From: Octopus sinensis
Taxonomy: Eukaryota
Length of the DNA: 64,000 nucleotides
Direction of reading: 5' to 3'
NCBI RefSeq assembly: GCF_006345805.1
Contig: NC_042997.1
Coordinates: forward strand, 195,362,001-195,426,000
Below the pieces are notes generated by a model. That model did not search any database. It was not told where the DNA came from and saw only the letters and a list, made by a program, of their open reading frames with translations. How positions within the stretch are numbered: position 1 is the stretch's first letter; each line of letters starts with the position of its first letter. Made by a program: the position numbers and the translations under genes. This document shows positions 1 to 11,431 of this stretch, one piece after another.

Positions 1-200
1 GTTAAGAGCGCGTAATAATAGATACCCTACAATCTAGATGTATTGCAAATGTCGGCATTACTTGGAACTGTACGCATATTGCTTAAAGTACTGTCTGTCT
101 GAGGTCCTTTGTGTGACTTGACAAACAGTACAAGCCCCCGGTAGACACAATATTTTCAATCAACAACCTCGCGATATTGTATACTGCGCGACGTCTATAT
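1..200 (+). mobile_element. 3' end of an RLE-type (R4/Dong-like) non-LTR retrotransposon, running in from the window start
   Basis: Reads LDVLQMSALLGTVRILLKVLSV* (TGA 100-102), matching the LQKxALLGTARILRKVL terminus of RLE LINEs; short 3' UTR, then (TAA)n 201-272. Confidence 0.75.
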
Positions 201-223
201 TAATAATAATAATAATAATAATG

Positions 224-271
<48 letters not shown>

Positions 272-274
272 TTA

Positions 275-747
275 AACAGATCAGGTGCTAGAGTAAAACA
301 GACAGGACCTAGTGGTGGTGGGCAAAGTGACCACATATGCTATATAGTTGATGTTGCATGCCCCTTTGAAGAAAGGCGAAAACATAGATAGATACAACCT
401 TCTTAAGTACGAAATAGCCCGGCTATGGAAAATGAAGGTGAAGGTAGTGACAATTATTGTTGGTTCCTTGGGGACAGTATCAGAAGGCATCAAGGGAAAT
501 ATAAAGGAAATTGGAATAGAGTGCCCAGTAGAACTGTTACAAAAGGTTTGCCTCTTTGGCACGGTCAGAATAAACAGGAAAGAATTGGATAGCTGAAAAG
601 AACGGATAGCATGGCACCGTAGGCTGCAGGTAGTAAGCCCGCTACACATGCAAATTTCCAGGAGCTCCAACAAAACCTGTGATAAATAGTAAATAATAAT
701 AATAATAATATAATAATAATAATAATAATATAATAATAATAATAATG
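275..747 (+). mobile_element. 5'-truncated R4/Dong-like LINE: endonuclease remnant, 3' UTR and (TAA)n tail
   Basis: TDQVLE*NRQDLVVV / ICYIVDVACPFE (frameshift) / RYNLLKYEIARLWKMKVKVVTIIVGSLGTV...LLQKVCLFGTVRI (stop 594-596) = PD-(D/E)xK domain; TAA repeats on both sides. Confidence 0.85.
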
Positions 748-887
748 ATATATCAATATATATACATACACACATAATACATCCATCCATCCATCCATAC
801 ATACATACATACATACATACATACATACATGCATACATACATATACACAGTTGTAAATTGTAAAACTTAACTGTCACCACTACTACA

Positions 888-932
888 TGAACCTGAAGAT
901 TGCATAGTTTAATGCATGAAAGTACTAGTTCA
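888..932 (+). ncRNA. Minimal type I hammerhead ribozyme (Penelope-like element type)
   Basis: tgaac-CTGAAGA-t-tgcat(agttta)atgca-t-GAAA-gtac-TA-gttca: 5-bp stem I, 5-bp stem II, palindromic AGTACT stem III. Confidence 0.75.
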
Positions 933-1143
933 ATCAAAATGGACATTTGATATTCTATCATTTCATTATATTATATTATCTTATATTATTATAAGATTGT
1001 AAATAAAATATGAAAATCAAAGTTGGAATTTCTTTGAGTAATATATTCTTCTATACACAACCATACACACCTGTGTGTGTGTGTATGTATGTATGTATGT
1101 ATGTATGTATGTATGTATGTATGTATGTATGTATGTATATATA

Positions 1144-1397
1144 ATCTATAAATGTAATATGTGACAATTATTCGGTAGCCATGATAAAACTCCGAGTTTC
1201 GGATGCCGAGGTGGAAATCCACGCCGCTATCGCTGATCATCGGAAAAATGGTATGAAAAATGACCCCATTTTTCATAGCATTTTTTTCCGATGGCCGGAT
1301 AACAGAAGCGATGGCGGCGTGGATTTCCACCTCGGCATCCGAAACTCGGAGTTTTATCATGGCTACCGAATAATTGTCACATATTACATTTACAGAT
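1144..1397. mobile_element. Fold-back MITE-like element with about 90-bp terminal inverted repeats
   Basis: 1144-1234 is the reverse complement of 1307-1397 with two mismatches seen; inner hairpin 1238-1293. Confidence 0.8.
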
Positions 1398-1488
1398 AAA
1401 TTCCTCTATTTCCATAATATCGAGGTCTCTTTCATTCTTTTGTTGTCTTAACATTTTATCAATATATATATATATATATAATATATAT

Positions 1489-1551
<63 letters not shown>

Positions 1552-1842
1552 ATGTATGTATACATACATGCTTACATATATACATACATGCGTGTGTGTG
1601 TAATCCATGTCTTTGGTTGCAAGATAACTGCACATGTTTGGCTCATGATCATGACACTAACCACTTTCGAAGATTAAGCCGGATTTTCTGCTTAACCAAG
1701 AGTGCCACTTGATCGAAATCTGGATAAAGCAGATTAGGAATAATCACGAAACGTTCTATTGACCAGGTTTCTTGTTGTTTTTGTTGTTTTCATTGACCTG
1801 CAGAGAGAACTTGAATGAAACCATTGGCAGAATATTGGTGAA

Positions 1843-2025
1843 GGCGTAGGAGTGGCTGTGTGGTAAGTAGCTTGCTTACGAACCACATAGATCCGGGTTC
1901 AGTCCCACTGTATGACACCTTGGGCAAGTGTCCTCTACTATAACCTCGGGCCGACCAAAGCCTTGTGAGTGGATTTGGTAGACGGAAACTGAAAGAAGCC
2001 CGTCGTATGTATATATATATATATA
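1843..2025 (+). mobile_element. SINE family B, 5' half (interrupted by the 2026-5548 fold-back)
   Basis: ggcgtaggagtggctgtgtggtaag...ccttgggcaagtgtc...gaaagaagcccgtcg then (TA)n; matches the intact copy at 7486-7895. Confidence 0.85.
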
Positions 2026-2122
2026 TATAAAATATTATTAGAGACAAAACCACTATTTTGCAAAACAAACAAGGAAAGACTTAATCAATACATAAAATTT
2101 TAATAAATAGTCAAAAAAACCG

Positions 2123-2165
2123 CCACTACAATTGTTTCTTGTCTTGATCGACAATCTTCAGGTGG
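2123..2165 (-). ncRNA. Minimal type I hammerhead ribozyme (mirror copy)
   Basis: Exact reverse complement of 5409-5451. Confidence 0.8.
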
Positions 2166-5100
2166 ACTTCCAATCTAAAATATCAATATTTTAAAATAAA
2201 AATAATAATTTTAAAATAATTAAAGTATGAATGAAAAAATATAAATATATAATCCATATATAACCTATATATAATCCATATATAATCAATATATAAACAA
2301 TATATAAACTAAAAAAACCTATCAACAATTAAATATAAAATATAAAATATAAAATATAAAATATAAAACAAAACAAAAAAATAATAATATATAATAATAA
2401 ACTATATATACATCCATACACATATACCTAATTATATATAACCATATCTAACTACATACACTAAATCACACACCTATATATATATCCCTATACATACACA
2501 TAAAAACGTCTAGGCAACTATAAATAAATAAAATAGCTAAATACTTCAACACAATACTTATTCATACTCCCACACACACACACATACAACCCACATTCAC
2601 GCTCTAGAAAACGGACATCACTTAAAATTATGAACGGAGAAATGGAATAAATGGAATTAAAAATTATATTCACTTGGTAAAACGAACACTACTTAAAAAA
2701 TTATGAATGAAACAATGCAATAAAACAACATACATCGCAAATAGACACAAATTACTACGAATTCCTTAACAAACCTACCATGATAAACCAAAACTCATAA
2801 AAACATATAATGATAAAATCTCCTTTACTAAACTCTATAACATACCTATATAGCAATCCCCCTAACCTAAACATTCACACACAAATACACACACATAAAC
2901 CACACACCCACGACATATACAAATACCCACACCACTTACACATACCTATACATACATATAAACCTCAACATATACTCCAAAAACCCACTCAACCCCACAC
3001 AGACAAATAAACACAAAAATTATGAATGGATTCTTTTATAAAACTACCATGATAAGCTAAAACTCACAAAACATAAATGATAAAACCTCCCTTTACTAAA
3101 CACTATAACATACTTATATAGCAATCCCTTTAACCTATACATTCACACACAAATACACACACGTAAAAACCACACACCCATAACAAATACAAACACCCCC
3201 CCACTCACACACACCCACAAGTACATATACGCCTCAACATATACACCAAACAAAATTACATTACAAGGAACTTAACATATGTATAAAAAGTATAACCGCT
3301 CTGGAACGAACATCTTTTAAAATAATGAATGGAGAAATGGAATAAATGGATTTAAAAATAATATTCACGTGGCAAAACGAACACCACTCAAAAATTATGA
3401 ATGAAACAATGTAATAAAACAACCAACATCGAAAATAGACAAATTACCACGAATTCCCTAAAAAAAACCATGATAAACCAAAACTCTTAAAAACATATAA
3501 CGATAAAATCTCCCTTTGCTAAACTCTATAACAAACCTATATAGCAATCCCCCTAACCTAAACATTCACACACAAAAAACACACACGTAAACCACAGAAT
3601 TTAATTTCACTTCATAATTTGAAACTGACTTGTAAGTATGTATTTTATTTCTCCTTATGTCATATTGTTATTTTTGATATTCTGGTTAATTACGATGTAT
3701 TTAATGTTGTTTTTTATTGGAGTGTTTATGTATATGAGATTGTGTGTGAGTTTTTAGTTGTATAATTTATTTATCTGTATGAGTGTGGGTGTGTAAATAT
3801 TGTTGTATATATCGAGTTTAGTGAGTATGTATATGCGTATATGTGAGGGAGTATATGTATCTGTTGTGTGTGTGTGTTTTGCGTGTGTGTGTGTTTGTGT
3901 GTGAATGTGTATATGGGTTTGTTATTTAGGTTTTGGGATGTATGTGTTAATTTGTCTGTGTGGGGAGGGAGTGGGTTTTTGGTGTATATTGAGGTTTATA
4001 AGTTAGTATAGGTATGTGTATAAGTCGTGGGTCTGTGGTTTACGTGTGTGTTTTTTGTGTGTGAATGTTTAGGTTAGGGGGATTGCTATATAGGTTTGTT
4101 ATAGAGTTTAGCAAAGGGAGATTTTATCGTTATATGTTTTTAAGAGTTTTGGTTTATCATGGTGGTTTTTTTTAGGGAATTCGTGGTAATTTGTCTATTT
4201 TCGATGTTGGTTGTTTTATTACATTGTTTCATTCATAATTTTTGAGTGGTGTTCGTTTTGCCACGTGAATATTATTTTTAATTCCATTTATTCCATTTCT
4301 CCATTCATTATTTTAAAAGATGTTCGTTTCCAGAGCGGTTATACTTTTTATACATATGTTAAGTTCCTTGGTAAAGTAATTTTGTTTGGTGTATATGTTG
4401 AGGCGTATATGTACTTGTGGGTGTGTGTGAGTGTTTGTATTTGTTATGGGTGTGTGGTTTACGTGTGTGTATTTGTGTGTGAATCTTTTATCATTTATGT
4501 TTTGTGAGTTTTAGCTTATCATGGTAGTTTTATAAAAGAATCCATTCATAATTTTTGTGTTTATTTGTCTGTGTGGGGTTGAGTGGGTTTTTGGAGTATA
4601 TGTTGAGGTTTATATGTATGTATAGGTATGTGTAAGTGGTGTGGGTATTTGTATATGTCGTGGGTGTGTGGTTTACGTGTGTGTATTTGTGTGTGAATGT
4701 TTAGGTTAGGGGGATTGCTATATAGGTATGTTATAGTGTTTAGTAAAGGGAGATTTTATCATTATATGTTTTTATGAGTTTTGGTTTATCATGGTAGGTT
4801 TGTTAAGGAATTCGTAGTAATTTGTGTCTATTTGCGATGTCTGTTGTTTTATTGCATTGTTTCATTCATAATTTTTAAGTAGTGTTCGTTTTACCAAGTG
4901 AATATAATTTTTAATTCCATTTATTCCATTTCTCCGTTCATAATTTTAAGTGATGTCCGTTTTCTAGAGCGTGAATGTGGTTGTATGTGTGTGTGTGTGG
5001 GAGTATGAATAAGTATTGTGTTGAAGTATTTAGCTATTTTATTTATTTATAGTTGCCTAGACGTTTTTATGTGTATGTATAGGGATATATATATAGGTGT

Positions 5101-5408
5101 GTGATTTAGTGTATGTAGTTAGATATGGTTATATATAATTAGGTATATGTGTATGGGTGTATATATAGTTTATTATTATATTATTATTATTTTTTTGTTT
5201 TGTTTTATATTTTATATTTTATATTTTATATTTTATATTTAATTGTTGATAGGTTTATTTTAGTTTATATATTGTTTATATATTGATTATATATGGATTA
5301 TATATAGGTTATATATGGATTATATATTTATATTTTTTCATTCATACTTTAATTATTTTAAAATTATTATTTTTATATTTTAAAATATTGATATTTTAGA
5401 TTGGAAGT

Positions 5409-5451
5409 CCACCTGAAGATTGTCGATCAAGACAAGAAACAATTGTAGTGG
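5409..5451 (+). ncRNA. Minimal type I hammerhead ribozyme
   Basis: ccac-CTGAAGA-ttgtc(gatcaa)gacaa-GAAAC-aatt-GTA-gtgg: complete core, stems I and II pair, palindromic CAATTG stem III, GUA cleavage triplet. Confidence 0.85.
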
Positions 5452-5628
5452 CGGTTTTTTTGACTATTTATTAAAATTTTATGTATTGATTAAGTCTTTC
5501 CTTGTTTGTTTTGCAAAATAGTGGTTTTGTCTCTAATAATATTTTATAATATTTTACTATAAAATTGGATTTAATCCTAAATCTGATTTTTTCCCTGTAA
5601 ATTTGGATTTATTCCCTAATATTTATTA

Positions 5629-5631
5629 TTA

Positions 5632-5684
<53 letters not shown>

Positions 5685-5960
5685 ATATGTTTGTGTGTCT
5701 GTGTGTGTATATGTTTGTGTGTCTGTGTGTGTATATGTTTGTGTGTCTGTGTTTGTCACCCGCCCGCCCCAACATAGCTTGACAACCGATGCTGGTGTGT
5801 TTACGTCCCAGTAACTTAGCGGTTCGGCAAAAAAAAAAGACCGATAGAATAAGTACTAGGCTTACAAAGAATAAGTCCTGGGGTCGAGTTGCTCGACTAA
5901 AGGTGGGGTGCTCCAGCATGACCGCAGTCAAATGCCTGAAACAAGTAAAAGGGTAAAGAG
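5629..5960 (+). mobile_element. SINE family B, 3' half
   Basis: (TA)n/(TG)n then gcttgacaaccgatgctgg...ctccagcatgaccgcagtcaaatgcctgaaacaagtaaaag. Confidence 0.85.
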
Positions 5961-6349
5961 TAGAGAGAGAGAGGGTGTGGCTTAGATGACAGAGTCTATG
6001 GTCATCCATTTCAGATATCGATGTTGTGTTTCTTGTATTGGCTTGTCAGATAAATTCGTTCGCTTTTGCTTTTCTGTTCGATTTTCCATTCATTTATTCA
6101 TATATTTTCTTATTTCAGTTATATGAGACTGCGGCCATGCTGGAGCTCTGCTTCAAAGAGTTTTAGTTTTAGTTGCAGAAATCGACCCCAGGACTTATTT
6201 TTTTGTATGCCTAATACTTATTCTATATGTTTTTTTTTTGCCGAACCGCTAAGTTACGGAGGACACAAAAACACACCAGCACCGGTTGTCAAGCAATGGC
6301 GGACACACACACGCACATACACACACACACACACACGCACACACACACA

Positions 6350-6395
<46 letters not shown>

Positions 6396-6452
6396 CAGTG
6401 GTACCTTGACTTACAAGTGTCCCAACTAATGATGTTCTCGAGATACGAACTG
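6396..6452 (+). mobile_element. Possible left end of a Tigger/pogo-like MITE
   Basis: cagtggtaccttgacttacaag...gagatacgaac resembles Tc1/mariner-pogo termini; no right end found. Confidence 0.4.
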
Positions 6453-6904
6453 TCTCCCGGCCAATGTTTTGCTTTGAGTTGCGAGCTAAAATTCGGGCTA
6501 CGGAGCCAGCTTCAGATACCGCACAGCGAACGCCACAGATAGAATATGCGTGTTTGTCAGCAACATCTCCCGGCCAATGTTTTGCTTTGAGTTGCGAGCT
6601 AAAATTCGGGTTACGGAGCCAGCTTCAGATACCGCACAGCGAACGCCACAGATAGAATATGCGTGTTTGTCAGCAACATCTCCCGGCCAATGTTTTGCTT
6701 TGAGTTGCGAGCTAAAATTCGGGCTACGGAGCCAGCTTCAGATACCGCACAGCGAACGCCACAGATAGAATATGCGTGTTTGTCAGCAACATCTCCCGGC
6801 CAATGATTTGCTTTGAGTTGCGAGCTAAAATTCGGGCTACGGAGCCAGCTTCAGATACCGCACAGCGAACGCCACAGATAGAATATGCGTGTTTGTCAGC
6901 AACA
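6453..6904. repeat. Four tandem copies of a 113-bp unit
   Basis: Units start 6453, 6566, 6679, 6792; two substitutions seen. Confidence 0.95.
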
Positions 6905-7327
6905 TTATGAAATTTCAGAAGAACAGTGCATATTTAGGAAATATCTCTCAGACAACAGCAAACAAAACCCCGGCGAGCATATGATGCAACCTTGTTGCAG
7001 TGGAGCAAGTTTTTCTTCCAGCCCCATTTTGCATCTGTCTTCACAAGAGGGGCCACAATATTCTAGTAATACGAATTGGACCACAATAAATGGACATAAC
7101 TTTTTGTAGACCTCTCAAAAACAGATTAGCCTCCTGATTTGAAATGTGGGTTTAATTTTGGTGCTAAATAAGGACAAGATCTCTTCAGATGAAGCACCTG
7201 GCAGGAATGCTGTCCCTCGTGGAGTTTTTAGGTGTTTTCGCTCAATAAACACTCACAACGCCCAGTGCGGGAATCGAAACCGCGAGTCCGCTGCCCTAAC
7301 CACTGGGCCACTGCGCCTCCACATATA

Positions 7328-7381
<54 letters not shown>

Positions 7382-7418
7382 ATATACATATATATATGTG
7401 TGTGTGTGCGCATATATA

Positions 7419-7485
<67 letters not shown>

Positions 7486-7895
7486 GGCGCAGGAGTGGCT
7501 GCGTGGTAAGTAGCTTGCTAACCAACCACATGGTTCCGGGTTCAGTCCCACTGCGTGGCATCTTGGGCAAGTGTCTTCTGCTATAGCCCCGGGCCGACCA
7601 ATGCCTTGTGAGTGGATTTGGTTGACGGAAACTGAAAGAAGCCTGTCGTATATATGTATATATATATATGTATGTGTGTGTGTTTGTGTGTCTGTGTTTG
7701 TTCCCTTGGCATTGCTTGACAACCGATGCTAGTGTGTTTACGTCCCCGTCATTTAGCGGTTCGGCAAAAAGATACCGATAGAATAAGTACTGGGCTTACA
7801 AAAAGAATAAGTCCCGGGGGTCGATTTGCTCGACTAAAGGCGGTGCTCCAGCATGGCCGCAGTCAAATGACTGAAACAAGTAAAAGAGTAAAGAG
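7486..7895 (+). mobile_element. SINE family B, full length
   Basis: tRNA-like head, CORE-like ccttgggcaagtgtc motif, internal TA/TG microsatellite, gtaaaagag tail. Confidence 0.9.
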
Positions 7896-7991
7896 TATAT
7901 ATATATACATATATATACACATATATATGCGCACACACACACATATATATATGTATATACATGTACATATATATATAGTTGTGTATATAAA

Positions 7992-8095
<104 letters not shown>

Positions 8096-8461
8096 CTATA
8101 TACATACAAAGCGCTATAATTGTCTTTATGGTCTCATGATTTGACACCTCTGCCAATGGCTTCAATTATTATCAGCGAAGCACGACGCCCGAGTCAGAAT
8201 GTGGACAAAACATTTTAAAAAAATTTGTCAATAAGAAACACTTTTGAAAAAAAATGCAAAGAAAAAGAAAAAAAAAACCGACCATTTCATAATTTTTTGT
8301 CTTGTCATTATAACTAAGCTTTGTATGATCACAATTCACAAAAAAAACATAATAAAAGAATTCTTAAATTATATTCTTTTTTATTGTATCTTGGGAGGGG
8401 CATCGTGCTAATAACAGACACACGCACTGGCAGTATTTCATCTCTGTAATATTATTATCAT

Positions 8462-8960
8462 TAGTGAATCGTTGGCACGTGGGGCAAATTGCTTAGCAGC
8501 ACTTCGTCTGTCTTTGTATTGCGTGCTCAATTTTATCCCAGGCCGCCTCGGCCTTTCATTGTTTGTCCTCTCTGAGTTTAACCCCTTATGGGTAGTAAAG
8601 AAATAGGTATTTCGTCTGACGCTACGTTCTGAGTTCAAATTCCGCCGAGGTCGACTTTGCCTTTCATCCTTTCGGGGTCGATTAAATAAGTACCAGTTAC
8701 GCACTGGCGTCGATATAATCGACTTAATCCGTTTGTCTGTCCTTGTTTGTCCCCTGTGTTTAGCCCTTTGTGGGTAGTAAAGAAATAGGTATTTCGTCTG
8801 CCGCTACGTTCTGAGTTCAAATTCCGCCGAGGTCGACTTTGCCTTTCATTCTTTCGGGTTCGATAAAATAAGTACCAGTTGAATGCTAGTGTCGATGTTA
8901 TCGACTTACACTCTCCCTTGCAATTGCTGACCTTGTGCCGAAATTTGAAATCAATATTAT
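8462..8960 (+). mobile_element. SINE family A, degenerate head plus three bodies
   Basis: Repeated gagttcaaattccgccgaggtcgactttgcctttcatcctttcggggtcgat. Confidence 0.75.
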
Positions 8961-9088
8961 TATTATTAATGAATTGTTAGCACAGCGGGTAAAATGCTTA
9001 GGAGCAGTTCATGCGAATTTCCATCCTGAATTCGAATTCTTGCTCCTACCCTAAAATGGCTGGCCCTGTACCAAAATTTTAAGCCAAA

Positions 9089-9481
9089 TCTCTCTATATA
9101 TAAAGCTGAAGTTGTCTGTGTATGGCAGGTTTGGTAGCCTTCAACTAACACTGTCTCCTCCGAGACCCTGCGGCGCAAGTTGACCAAAATTGAGAGTATG
9201 ATAGAAGAAGGCTTGCTCTTCCTTTCGTAGAAGAAAAAATTCAAATCGGACCATGTTAACACCAAAAATTATTTACATCAAAAAGGTTATTTTTTTTCTA
9301 TGAAAATCCCTGTTTTTTACGATTTTTTGACTGCTGTGTCGCCATTTTTCGGTGTATTTCAACGAGAAAAATGTTCACTTAAAGAGAATAACAAGCTACA
9401 TAATGCAAAATTTTTACTTTTCAAAAATTCCAATTCTAAAGGATCTAAACAAACCCGAGCAACGCCGGGCGATACTGCTAG
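9089..9481 (+). mobile_element. Non-autonomous Helitron, family H1
   Basis: A|TC 5' end; subterminal hairpin cccgagcaacgccggg; CTAG|T 3' end; no TSD. Confidence 0.85.
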
Positions 9482-9633
9482 TTATTATTATCAGTCAATT
9501 GTTTAATCGTTTAAGCAGTGAACTGATCGTTCGTTTGATTAATCATTCGGCCAATCTAGCAATCAATCAACTAGGTTCGTCGGAATCCGTTCGTCGTCAT
9601 TCGCAAACTCATCAATGATATGCTCTCTCTAAA

Positions 9634-9844
9634 GGCGGCGAGCTGGCAGAAACGTTAGCACGCCGGGCGAAATTCTCAGCAGTATTTCGTCTGTCGCTAC
9701 GTTCTGAGTTCAAATTCCGCCGAGGTCGACTTTGCCTTTCATTCTTTCGGGGTCGATTAAATAAGTACCAGTTACGCACAGGGATCGATATAATCGACTT
9801 AATCCGTTTGTCTGTCCTTGTTTGTCCTCTCTGTGTTTAGCCCC
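9634..9844 (+). mobile_element. SINE family A monomer
   Basis: A-box-like tggcagaaacg, B-box-like gagttcaaattcc, gcctttcatc...gggtcgat..aagtaccag central domain. Confidence 0.9.
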
Positions 9845-10070
9845 ATGCCGTGACCCGAAGCAGACCTAGACTCATTGATGAGGTCGTGAATGGCGACGAA
9901 ATGACTTTGACGAACCAAGCTCACTGGTTGACTGACCGAACGCTAAACATTTTGTTCGACGCGCTAAACATTCTCCCAGCTCGTCACCTTCTTATGATAT
10001 AATATTGAATTCAAATTTTGGTATAAGGCCAGAAAATTCGAAAGAGGAGATAAGTTCAACTAGTTCCTTT

Positions 10071-10410
10071 GTGGAGGCGTAATGGCCCAGTGGTTAAGGC
10101 AGCGGACTCGCGGTCGGAGGGTCGCGGTTTCGATTCCCAGGCCGGGCGTTGTGTGTGTTTATTGAGCGAAAACACCTAAAAAGCTCCACGGGGCTCCGGC
10201 AGGGGGTGGTGGCGACCCCTGTTGTACTCTTTCGTCCCAACTTTCTCTCACTCTTTCTTCCTGTTTCTTGAGTAACGCTGCGATGGACTGGCGTCCCGTC
10301 CCGTCCAGCTGGGTCGGGGAACACATACGCCGCAGAAAGCGGGAAACCGGGCCCATGAGCCTAGCTAGGTTTGAAAAGGGCGCATAAATAAATAAATAAA
10401 TAAATAAATA
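10071..10410 (+). mobile_element. SINE family C (tail type 1) with (TAAA)n end
   Basis: ggaggcgtaatggcccagtggttaaggc...ggtttcgattcc head; gcgatggactggcgtccc tail. Confidence 0.85.
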
Positions 10411-10557
10411 AAAGTACTTACTTTCAAAGCCCCGAGAGGATGAAAAGCAATGTCAACTCGGCAGAATTTGAATTCAGAACACAAAGAAGAACGAAATGCT
10501 GCAAAACATTTTGCACGGCACAGAAACAATTCAGCGAGCTCGCCGCCTTCTTAAAAT

Positions 10558-10611
<54 letters not shown>

Positions 10612-10657
10612 GATATATATATATATGTATGTATATATAATATATATATATATATGT

Positions 10658-10774
<117 letters not shown>

Positions 10775-10912
10775 AATACAATATATATAAATACAATATA
10801 TATATACTCTACTAGTTCAGGTGTTAAATGGTTTGTCATTGCATGTTGTCAATAAATGACTTGCATCGCCGCCGCCGCCACCTCCGACACCACCACCACC
10901 ACCACCACCACC

Positions 10913-10973
<61 letters not shown>

Positions 10974-11431
10974 ACAACAACAACAACATCATTTGTTAAC
11001 GTCAATGTTCCAAACTGGACCAGCTTGATAGTTTGGCGGGATCTGGTGTATCAGAGAACAGTGTTCTACTCCAATGCCTGCTTTGGAATGGTTTTTTTTC
11101 AACCAGTTGCTCTTCCTAACGCCAACCACTTTACATATTGTATTGCTTGCTTTTTTTTTTGTGTGGCACCAGCACATGTGAGATCGCCCTGTATCTCTCA
11201 AAACTAAGATCGTCCTCGACTGAGTGAAACTACAGTAGAGCGAGGATAACTTTATGCTTGGGATGAAAGGTTAGAGTATGAAGGAAGAGTCAAGAACAGA
11301 TTTCTTGCTGCAGAGGAGATACATGGCAGCTCGCATTATACAAGTGTAGGTAGGGGTAATCGGCTTCGAGCTGGAAGTACAGATAAAAATAATGATGAGG
11401 AATGAAGGCGGGCTCAGGAGGCAGAAGATTA

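Larger units (their letters stand above)
2026..5548. mobile_element. 3.5-kb fold-back (inverted duplication) of a probable non-autonomous Penelope-like element
   Basis: Arm 2026-3598 is the near-identical reverse complement of arm 4032-5548; spacer about 430 bp; hammerhead near each outer end; diverged internal ~310-320 bp repeats. Confidence 0.8.

Noticed and set aside
2600-2870. Penelope RT or GIY-YIG coding remnant inside the fold-back arms
   Set aside because: All frames have frequent stops and no recognisable motif; the segment is part of the internal tandem repeats
7180-7222. cagatga-agcacctggcaggaatgct hairpin as a hammerhead
   Set aside because: First core is mutated and GAAA is absent (a SINE fragment follows)
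9865-9910. ttgatga-ggtcgtgaatggcgac-gaaa as a hammerhead
   Set aside because: Core starts with U rather than C, and no stem I or III can be formed
10071-10145. Functional tRNA genes at SINE heads
   Set aside because: Each head continues directly into a SINE body, and no complete cloverleaf was found
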